Source of the DNA: a virus
Lineage: Duplodnaviria > Caudoviricetes
Virus record (IMG/VR): IMGVR_UViG_3300011443_000043
Coordinates: 1-30,694 of that record
Reading direction: 5' to 3' (one strand)
DNA length: 30,694 nucleotides
Shown here: positions 1-6,324 of the stretch, piece by piece
How the letters are laid out: each line of letters starts with the position of its first letter
Position numbering within the stretch: the stretch's first letter is position 1
Position numbers and translations under genes: made by a program
The notes under the pieces: model-generated
What the model saw: the letters and a program-made list of their open reading frames with translations, nothing else
The model's database searches: none
Told to the model about the DNA's origin: nothing

Positions 1-94
1 GCCGTAGCCGTAGCCGTAGCCGTCGCCGGAGCCGTCGCCGTAGCCGTAGCCGTCGCCGTCGCCGTAGCCGTCGCCGTCGCCGTCGCCGGAGCCG
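1..94. repeat. Degenerate 6-bp tandem repeat (GCCGTA/GCCGTC/GCCGGA)
   Basis: Directly visible; encodes the Gly-X dipeptide repeat. Confidence 0.9.
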
Positions 95-141
95 TTCAAA
101 ATAAAATTCGGAAGAGCTCCGCGAATGAGTTTCGCTTCCAT
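1..141 (-). CDS. Gly-rich (G-Y/D/S)n repeat protein, runs off the window edge
   Basis: Own translation from ATG 141: MEAKLIRGALPNFILNGSGDGDGDGYGDGDGYGYGDGSGDGYGYGYG...; starts 8 nt after the upstream stop with GGAG upstream; not in the ORF track. Confidence 0.8.
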   Translation of the reverse strand, partial: MEAKLIRGALPNFILNGSGDGDGDGYGDGDGYGYGDGSGDGYGYGYG

Positions 142-149
142 CGCGGGCT

Positions 150-434
150 TTACTCCTTCGCGAATTTCTCGAATTTCTTAGCGGCTTCGGCCGTGCACTC
201 GACGACGGAAGTGATTGCTCGAAGCTGAATATCTGCCGGCCGGCCGATCTTGCAGTTGCTCGACGGGCCATGTGACGCCAGGCCCATGAATCCGCGCAGG
301 TCGCTGGACCAGTAGATGACGAGTTGCGCGCGCTTGAGGTCGATCACCTCGCCATCAGTCTTTGACGCGAAGCCAAAAAACACCCCGCGATGCTCAGTGG
401 TTACCAGGACCGGTCTCTCTGTCTTAACTGCCAT
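150..434 (-). CDS. DUF6948-like phage protein
   Basis: VLVTTEHRGVFFG...IYWS...GLASHGP pattern; GGAG RBS; this family is typically followed by a Gly-rich repeat ORF, as here. Confidence 0.75.
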   Translation of the reverse strand: MAVKTERPVLVTTEHRGVFFGFASKTDGEVIDLKRAQLVIYWSSDLRGFMGLASHGPSSNCKIGRPADIQLRAITSVVECTAEAAKKFEKFAKE

Positions 435-460
435 CTGAAATTCTCCGTTCGTTGAAATTG

Positions 461-480
461 AATCTGCGTAATCTGCGGAT
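461..480. repeat. Short tandem AATCTGCGTAATCTGCGGAT (REP-like interspersed repeat fragment)
   Basis: AATCTGCG twice in tandem in an intergenic gap. Confidence 0.4.
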
Positions 481-971
481 TAACTCGCCGCTGATTTCAG
501 GTTTTCCAGCCGCGCCTTGACGGCCGAGTCCAGGCGGTTCAGCGCTGCGACGTCTTCGGCGATTTCTGTGCGTGCCTTGCGAAGTTGGAATTCGTCAAGG
601 TGTTCCTGCATCAGCACCTGGGGAATGTCCGCCGCCTCGCGCAGCTCGTCTCGCAAACTTGCCAGCAACGCGTCTTCCTCGGTCTGGACATGAAGTCCGG
701 CCGCGCGGTCCAGTTCGTCAACCAGGTCAACGAAGTACTGCGCCGCCTGTCGAGCGTTACCCGGGTTGTAGTGGTGAATGATGGTGACGAGCCGCGCCGC
801 CTGGTCCAAAGGGTTGTGTTTGCCCGTGCCCGTCGGGTGAATGTCCGATTCTTTCGGGTGCCGCCACGAGCGCACCGTCTGCTCGTTTACTCCGAACGCC
901 CGCGCCACAACGTGAACCAGGTGCGATGTCAGGCTCTCAGCTAATAGCTCGTGGGTTTCAACCGTTGGCAT
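480..971 (-). CDS. Phage regulatory protein, CII-like (N-terminal HTH)
   Basis: VARAFGVNEQTVRSW HTH-like segment followed by NPLD; located directly after the cro position. ATG 971 preferred; the frame extends to TTG 1061. Confidence 0.65.
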   Translation of the reverse strand: MPTVETHELLAESLTSHLVHVVARAFGVNEQTVRSWRHPKESDIHPTGTGKHNPLDQAARLVTIIHHYNPGNARQAAQYFVDLVDELDRAAGLHVQTEEDALLASLRDELREAADIPQVLMQEHLDEFQLRKARTEIAEDVAALNRLDSAVKARLENLKSAAS

Positions 972-1057
972 CTTTTGAATTTGAGAAGGTGGTGCGTTTC
1001 CCCCGAAATCTCGCCTAGATAGCCCGCAATAAATCAGGCTAATCTCGCGATGATGAA

Positions 1058-1228
1058 TCAAGCGGCTTTCTTTTCCAGGTCATCAAGGCGATCAAGCATC
1101 AGCTTTTTGGCTGCCGGGGCTTTCTTCGCGATGTGCTCACGTTCCATGTAAGCCTCGAACCGTCGCGCGTCGTCGCCGTCAAGTTCGAGAATGACAATGG
1201 TTTTGCTGTTCTGAGATTTGTTTTTCAT
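1058..1228 (-). CDS. Small Cro-position DNA-binding protein (56 aa, ribbon-helix-helix-like)
   Basis: Divergent from the repressor; first ATG downstream of the leftward promoter; beta-strand TIVILEL followed by two predicted helices. Confidence 0.6.
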   Translation of the reverse strand: MKNKSQNSKTIVILELDGDDARRFEAYMEREHIAKKAPAAKKLMLDRLDDLEKKAA

Positions 1229-1260
1229 TAACGTTGGGTCAAATTTCCAATCCGACGCAG

Positions 1261-1289
1261 AAGGTACGCCCATTGTTTTTTATTGTCAA
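1261..1289 (-). promoter_or_regulatory. Leftward early (lytic) sigma70-type promoter
   Basis: Minus strand TTGACA (1289-1284), 17 nt, TACCTT (1266-1261). Confidence 0.7.
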
Positions 1290-1311
1290 GTAATATTTTC
1301 TATGGTACGTT
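1283..1311 (+). promoter_or_regulatory. Rightward (repressor/lysogenic) sigma70-type promoter
   Basis: TTGTCA (1283-1288), 17 nt, TACGTT (1306-1311) with extended -10 TG. Confidence 0.6.
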
Positions 1312-1364
1312 TCCCACTCGACGCGCTGCCTGTAGTAGAAGGTTCACTGCACATAGGAAATGCC

Positions 1365-1790
1365 GTGCAAGGAACTAACCAAGGCTTGAAGGAAACTCTT
1401 CCCGACTACGTGAGGCGCATCCGCCAGGAGCATCGGCTTTCTCTGCTCGATGTCGAGGGGCAGAGCAGGCGGGCGGGCTGGAAGATTGCCGGTAGTTATG
1501 TTTCGAAGATTGAAAACAAAGTGGCGCGAAATCCGAGTATCGACAAGCTGATCGGGCTCGCATTCGGTCTGGGCGTCCCCCTCGAAGAAGTGCTCAGTAT
1601 CGCATCAGGAAAACCACTGCAAGCCCCGGAGGCGCAGGAGATCCGGCTGGTCGTTATGTTTCGCGAGCTGCCCCCGGATCGCAGGGATGACGTTATGAAC
1701 CATGTGCGCATGCTTCACAAGCAATACGCCGTCAAGCCGACTGAGGTAAAAAATATCGACGCGAAAAAGAAACGACCCCGCGCCGCCTAA
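1365..1790 (+). CDS. CI-like repressor, XRE-family HTH (no S24 peptidase domain)
   Basis: YVRRIRQEHRLSLLDV...SYVSKIEN...NPSIDKLIGLAFGLGVPL XRE signature; GTG 1365 preceded by AGGA. Confidence 0.85.
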   Translation: MQGTNQGLKETLPDYVRRIRQEHRLSLLDVEGQSRRAGWKIAGSYVSKIENKVARNPSIDKLIGLAFGLGVPLEEVLSIASGKPLQAPEAQEIRLVVMFRELPPDRRDDVMNHVRMLHKQYAVKPTEVKNIDAKKKRPRAA

Positions 1791-1826
1791 AATTTAAAGG
1801 CGGCGAAAAAAGGAAAGGAACACCTC

Positions 1827-2153
1827 ATGCCCGGATTCTTCTCGTTTCACAAACTCGTCAGCACTTCCATCATTAAAGCAACCTACATCATCGGGCTCGT
1901 GCTAATGACTCTATGGGGAATCGGCGCGATCGGCCTTGGTATTGCTGCGCTGGCTCAGCCTGACAACTTAGATTTGAAGGCGATAGTGGTTGGTCAACCC
2001 GCCGGCGTCATAGTGTTGGGCGCGGTCGTTATCGTATTTGGGAACCTGCTCTGGCGCTTGCTCTGTGAGGGATGGATTCTGCTTTTCAGCATTCATGAAC
2101 TGCTCGCGAGGATTGCACATTCAGATCGGACCGGTCTGACTTCCGACTTTTGA
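1827..2153 (+). CDS. DUF4282-like membrane protein
   Basis: FFSFHKLVSTSIIKATY...two TM segments...WRLLCEGWILLFSIHE; AAGGA RBS. Confidence 0.75.
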   Translation: MPGFFSFHKLVSTSIIKATYIIGLVLMTLWGIGAIGLGIAALAQPDNLDLKAIVVGQPAGVIVLGAVVIVFGNLLWRLLCEGWILLFSIHELLARIAHSDRTGLTSDF

Positions 2154-2154
2154 T

Positions 2155-2574
2155 ATGCCCAGCAGAGATAAATCTGGTTCTATTGTCGCCGCCGCGTTAT
2201 TGCTCGCGGTCATTCTGGGATGCAAGAGCCCTTCGAGAGTTCAGCTTCCACCCTCACAACTTAATTCTGAGCAGCACTTTGCAATCATGAAGGCGCTTAA
2301 AGAAAAGGGATACCCCGAACCTAATCTGGAAGTCTCTGACACTGGCTTTCTAGTCGCGACGTTCACACTGAGTGGACCGCCGACCAGGCAATCGCTCCGG
2401 ACCTATGCGGAGGAGGCTTTGCTGATAATCCGGAACACAATGCACCCACATCAGGTTGTGAAAAGCTACCGGGTCACGCTGAACGGACCATCGCCGGGTC
2501 CGGGATTGATTCGCCGATACGGCGTTGCCAGATATATCGAAGGCTACCAAGTGACATGGGAGCCCGCTGACTAA
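2155..2574 (+). CDS. Lipoprotein in the lysogeny operon
   Basis: Hydrophobic leader ending in ILG-C lipobox. Confidence 0.7.
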   Translation: MPSRDKSGSIVAAALLLAVILGCKSPSRVQLPPSQLNSEQHFAIMKALKEKGYPEPNLEVSDTGFLVATFTLSGPPTRQSLRTYAEEALLIIRNTMHPHQVVKSYRVTLNGPSPGPGLIRRYGVARYIEGYQVTWEPAD

Positions 2575-2582
2575 AAACCTTA

Positions 2583-3836
2583 ATGCCCCGCGGAACTAAA
2601 GACGGCTCAATCACCAAACGACGCGTCACTCGCCTCATCAAAGGCAAGCCGCGCCAGGGCGACATCTGGGAAGTCCGCAAGCGCTACACCAAAGCCAACG
2701 GTCTCCAGGGCCAGAAGCGCCGCGTTGCTTACTCAGCCACCCAGGCAACGAAGACCATGCGCGCCCTCGAGGATGAGATCGCCGACGAGCTCGCCGGCGC
2801 CGGCCGTGACGACTCAGCCCGCACCTTCGCCGACCTCTCAAAACATTTTGAGACCAACTATCTGAAGCCGCCCGTCTGGCACGACGGCCGCAAAGTCGAG
2901 GGCATGCGCTCGTATAAAAAGCGCCGCAACACTCTGAAGTTTCTGCGCGCCGCTTTCGACGATCGCCTGCTGCGCGATATCGGTTGGGCCGAGCTCGCCC
3001 AGTTCAAGAGCCAGCGCCTGCGCTCGTTCGTGGTGATCAAACACCGCAGACCTCGCGGCACTGAGGTCAGTACCGGGAGCGATAGCGACCGGGTCCGCGG
3101 TGCCGAATACGACCTGCGCAGCCGCACTCGCTCCATGGCTTCAGTCCAGGAGCCGCTGAAGCTGGCCCGGCGCATGTTCAACGTGGCCGTGCGGCTCGGG
3201 TGGATTGCTGAGAACCCATTCAGCCGCGGCGACTCGCTGATTGTCGTCGCGCACGAACGCAAGCGGATGCGGATCCTCTCACGCATTGAGGAAGGGAAGC
3301 TGCTGTCATTTTGCACCGGCCGCCGTGGCTATCTCTCCGATGCGATCACTTGCGCGATTGACACGGCCGCTCGCCAGAATGAACAGCTCACCCTCGCCGT
3401 CGACGATGTTTACATCGAGAAGAGATTCATGCGCATCCGGGCCCGCAACGCGAAGATTGAGGAAGAGCGCACCGTCCCGATCACCGCCCGCCTGGCCCTC
3501 GTGCTCGAGAGACTGATCGAGCAGTCAGTCAAAGGCCGGCTCTTTCCCCCGGGTACCGCAACCCGCATCAAGCGAAACTTTCAATCTGTCTGCCGTCTCG
3601 CCGGCATTGAGAACTTCCGCTGGCACGACCTCCGCCACACTGGTACGATGCGGATGCTCGATGCAATCAAGGACCCCGCCAAAGTGATGAAGATCACCGG
3701 CCACAAACAGTGGACCACCTTCATGGTCTACGTGAACGTCGACGAAGAGATAGCCCGCGAACTCGCCGGCGCCATGGACGCCGCCCGGGCGATTACGGAA
3801 ACGATCATCGAAACGAACGAAGAGAGGGTGAACTAG
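2583..3836 (+). CDS. int: Tyrosine recombinase / phage integrase
   Basis: Catalytic residues intact: DTAARQNE (R), NAK (K), WHDLRH (HxxR), TGH (H), MVYVN (Y). Confidence 0.95.
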   Translation: MPRGTKDGSITKRRVTRLIKGKPRQGDIWEVRKRYTKANGLQGQKRRVAYSATQATKTMRALEDEIADELAGAGRDDSARTFADLSKHFETNYLKPPVWHDGRKVEGMRSYKKRRNTLKFLRAAFDDRLLRDIGWAELAQFKSQRLRSFVVIKHRRPRGTEVSTGSDSDRVRGAEYDLRSRTRSMASVQEPLKLARRMFNVAVRLGWIAENPFSRGDSLIVVAHERKRMRILSRIEEGKLLSFCTGRRGYLSDAITCAIDTAARQNEQLTLAVDDVYIEKRFMRIRARNAKIEEERTVPITARLALVLERLIEQSVKGRLFPPGTATRIKRNFQSVCRLAGIENFRWHDLRHTGTMRMLDAIKDPAKVMKITGHKQWTTFMVYVNVDEEIARELAGAMDAARAITETIIETNEERVN

Positions 3837-4052
3837 GTGAGGTTCTTTAATTATTATCGAAGCCCAGACTTCAGCCTCTTCTGGCTGGTATTTCTTCCAG
3901 AATTGGTAGTGTGCGCCATGGTGGATAACGCTATATCGATCCGCGTTTGGACCGTATCAGGCGTGAAAGGATTTCTGCGTGAGTTCGCTCTGGACGCGCC
4001 CTGCACAACCACAGACACACCCATCGAAGTGAGAGAGGAAACGGTGAATTGA
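3837..4052 (+). CDS. Small cassette ORF 1 (hydrophobic N-half; ends in integrase-like tail)
   Basis: GTG directly after the int TAG; ends LDAPCTTTDTPIEVREETVN. Confidence 0.55.
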   Translation: MRFFNYYRSPDFSLFWLVFLPELVVCAMVDNAISIRVWTVSGVKGFLREFALDAPCTTTDTPIEVREETVN

Positions 4053-4273
4053 TGTTCCACCAAGCTGATGACGTGTTCACCATACAGGAAAGTGGCAAGG
4101 AGTTAGTGCGTGTCACGCCGGACGGTGAGATTCAGATCGCTGATGGTCTAACTCAGGATGAATTGAGAGCCGTAATTCGGCACCTGGCCTGGGCGATAGC
4201 AAAGCCCGCCCTCGACGCCGCCCACGCTCTACCGGAAACACCGATCGAAGTGAGAGAGGAAACGGTGAACTGA
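4052..4273 (+). CDS. Small cassette ORF 2
   Basis: TGATG coupling with ORF 1; ends LDAAHALPETPIEVREETVN. Confidence 0.7.
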   Translation: MFHQADDVFTIQESGKELVRVTPDGEIQIADGLTQDELRAVIRHLAWAIAKPALDAAHALPETPIEVREETVN

Positions 4274-4275
4274 TT

Positions 4276-4491
4276 ATGGACGAAGCTAATGACTTGACTC
4301 GACTCAGCGCAGAAATCACAAAGCTGTCAGAGTGGAAGGCCGACGCTCTAGATGTCATCAGGAAGTATCAGGCGATTGCGGATCTTGCATGTCCTAAACT
4401 CGACGTCGGCTGTAGCAGAGTTGAAGCCTTGCAAAACTTTGTGATAGCTCACAAGAACTGTGACCGAGTGAGAGAGGAAATGGTGAATTGA
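4276..4491 (+). CDS. Small cassette ORF 3
   Basis: ATG 2 nt after the previous stop; helical content, 3 Cys; ends VREEMVN. Confidence 0.7.
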   Translation: MDEANDLTRLSAEITKLSEWKADALDVIRKYQAIADLACPKLDVGCSRVEALQNFVIAHKNCDRVREEMVN

Positions 4492-4583
4492 TGTCAGCCA
4501 CACTCTTAGTGACCCTTGGATTTAGTGGTCTTTACGACCAGGACGGAAACCTGCTCGAAGGGCCGCCGTTGATAGACCCTTGA
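4491..4583 (+). CDS. 30-aa ORF after the last repeat
   Basis: TGATG coupling; MSATLLVTLGFSGLYDQDGNLLEGPPLIDP; below the ORF-track cutoff. Confidence 0.4.
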   Translation: MSATLLVTLGFSGLYDQDGNLLEGPPLIDP

Positions 4584-4668
4584 CTACGCCGCGAGAGTTG
4601 CCACATATTGCGCTGAAAGCAGAGCAAGACGGCTTTCAGGTCGTTCGAGTGGGTGACTGGGACTGGAC

Positions 4669-4704
4669 GAGCCTCCAATCCGGCCCTCCGTCAGGCCCTC
4701 CGTC
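4669..4704 (+). promoter_or_regulatory. Putative integrase arm-type binding sites (12-bp period)
   Basis: GAGCCTCCAATC / CGGCCCTCCGTC / AGGCCCTCCGTC in tandem; another GGCCCTCCGT at 4909-4918 on the other side of the core. Confidence 0.6.
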
Positions 4705-4817
4705 TGACGTTACTAGCCCCGAATAGCACCGCAGCCCGACTCGCGGTTAAGATGGCAGAGCAGGGAATTACAACTCCAGACACAGCCAGCCCCCGCGTGA
4801 CTCAGGTAATGGCCAAA

Positions 4818-4862
4818 CTCCTAAGCGGAAGGTCGCGCGTTGGAATCGCGCCGGGGGCACCA
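4818..4862 (+). other. attP core: 3' half of tRNA-Arg(CCU)
   Basis: CTCCTAA anticodon loop, GCGGA, AGGTC, GCGCG-TTGGAAT-CGCGC T arm, CGGGGGC-ACCA; 5' anticodon-stem strand missing; downstream of integrase and flanked by arm-like repeats. Confidence 0.85.
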
Positions 4863-4881
4863 TTTTCCTGAGCAAAACTGC

Positions 4882-4914
4882 AAAATAGAGAAGGGCCGCG
4901 CGAATTGCGGCCCT
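4882..4914 (-). terminator. Intrinsic terminator for the tail/late transcript
   Basis: Stem AGGGCCGC/GCGGCCCT followed on the minus strand by TCTCTATTTT. Confidence 0.6.
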
Positions 4915-4950
4915 CCGTTTGGTCCTCACACACTTCAAAAGTGATGGTTT

Positions 4951-6324
4951 TTAGTAGATTGTGCGCCAGGCGTAGGCGTCGCCGGCGTCTTTCGCGCAGA
5001 CCTCGACGGTGTCCTTCACACCGGCTCCGCCGTTCACCACCCAGAAAGTTCCGCGGTTGCTCGAGTTGCAGGTCGGCTTGGCGGTGGCAGTGTTGAGACG
5101 CAGGCCGCCGTTTACCTCGAGCTCGCGGCCGGGGCTGGTGGTGCCCACCCCGACGAGGCCCGCATAGTCGATCGTCATCCGGGCGTCAGCTACTGCCGCA
5201 CTCGCTGAACTCGCGGCGCCATTCATCGCGAAGTACATCTTGCCGCGGCCGTTTGCGTCCTGGCCTTCGAAGATGATCGCGCCCTTTTGATAGCCGGCGC
5301 CGGAGTCGGTGAATCCAAAGTTGATGCCAACCCAGTTGCCGGCCGTGCCGATCAAGGCCGAAGTAAGCGTGGCCGCAAAATAGTTCCCAGCCGCGTCGTG
5401 AATGTTCAACTTGTGACCAGGGCTGGTGGTGCCGATGCCGACTTTGCCGGCGAACGTGTTATTGCCCGAGTTACTGAAGGCGTTCGCCGCGTTGATTAGC
5501 GGCACGTTGGCAGAGAGACGCGCGTCGGCTACTGTGCCGCTGCCGAGGTTGGAAGCATTCAGCGCGGTGAGGTTTATTCCGCTCGCCGCCGGCAGCGTGG
5601 CCGGGAAGCGGCCGTCGGGCAGAGTGCCGCTGGTGATGTTGGTGGCGTTGGTCGCGTCGGTCGCGCATGAGGCGGCGCTGTCGGAAAGGTTTGCGCAGGT
5701 CGGGCGTGCTTTGCTGATGAGGCCCTGGGCGCTTACGGCCGTCAGAAAGTTGTTTGAAGTTCCGGTGTCAGGCTGGACGGTGGTCGAGTCCGCGTTCGGA
5801 ATGTTGATCGAGCGTGTCGTCGCGGTCGCGATATTTGAGACGTCGAACTTTGCGGCCCTGGTCGTGTCCGATGGATCCACCAGGTTGAAGTTGTTTCCTG
5901 CCTGGAATTTCTGCAGGAACGCGCCGAACGTGTTTGCCTGGTCGGTGTAGACCGTGGCCGCGTGCTGCCTGGACTTTCCCAGGGCTCCGGACCAGCTCAG
6001 AGTGAAACTGTGATTGTTGGCTGCGCTCGCGATCGTCAGCAGGACGTTGGTGTCGTTCGTGCGGCTGAAAGTTTGGGTCGCGCCGATCATCCCGTTCAGC
6101 GATGAAATGCCGCTGCCTGGCACACCGCCGCCGCCGCCGGTACCGATGCGCGCCTGGCGGCCGTTGATGACTACGCTGCCCGGAGGAAACACCAGCTCAG
6201 TGATGCCGTTGAAAGTTGGCGTGCCGTCGGACTCTGAGACGCGCAGGGTCTGGGCCTGGAGCGAAGTGCAAAGGGCGAAGAGCAAAGCGTTCGTGACGAG
6301 CGCGTACCTAAACAAGCATCTCAT
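4951..6324 (-). CDS. Tail-fibre/adhesin-like protein with N-terminal signal peptide
   Basis: KVGIGTTSP and LVGVGTTSP repeats, NASNLGSGTV-type repeats, last gene of the tail operon; ATG 6324 overlaps the upstream gene end. Confidence 0.75.
   Translation of the reverse strand: MRCLFRYALVTNALLFALCTSLQAQTLRVSESDGTPTFNGITELVFPPGSVVINGRQARIGTGGGGGVPGSGISSLNGMIGATQTFSRTNDTNVLLTIASAANNHSFTLSWSGALGKSRQHAATVYTDQANTFGAFLQKFQAGNNFNLVDPSDTTRAAKFDVSNIATATTRSINIPNADSTTVQPDTGTSNNFLTAVSAQGLISKARPTCANLSDSAASCATDATNATNITSGTLPDGRFPATLPAASGINLTALNASNLGSGTVADARLSANVPLINAANAFSNSGNNTFAGKVGIGTTSPGHKLNIHDAAGNYFAATLTSALIGTAGNWVGINFGFTDSGAGYQKGAIIFEGQDANGRGKMYFAMNGAASSASAAVADARMTIDYAGLVGVGTTSPGRELEVNGGLRLNTATAKPTCNSSNRGTFWVVNGGAGVKDTVEVCAKDAGDAYAWRTIY

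Larger units (their letters stand above)
3774..4491 (+). repeat. Four periodic direct repeats of the integrase 3' end (3774-3836, 3990-4052, 4211-4273, short copy 4468-4491)
   Basis: Core GTGAGAGAGGAAA(C/T)GGTGAA(T/C)TGA in the three downstream copies; last 30 nt of the copies ending at 4052 and 4273 are 29/30 identical; copy ending at 4273 is 42/63 nt identical to the integrase end (manual count). Confidence 0.9.

Noticed and set aside
1780-1811. Hairpin CGCCGCCT/AGGCGGCG at the repressor stop as an intrinsic terminator
   Set aside because: No U tract follows the stem on either strand; may be a pause or stability element only
3774-4491. CRISPR array or classical integron
   Set aside because: Units are ~218 bp and protein-coding, repeats are non-palindromic with no attC-like ends, no cas genes, and the integrase is a phage-type enzyme with its own tRNA attP
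4789-4862. Functional tRNA gene or amber suppressor (CTA)
   Set aside because: Anticodon and D stems do not pair; register from the T arm places CCT, not CTA, in the anticodon
4653-4871. 72-aa ORF across attP
   Set aside because: Overlaps arm sites and the tRNA-derived core, no RBS; probably spurious
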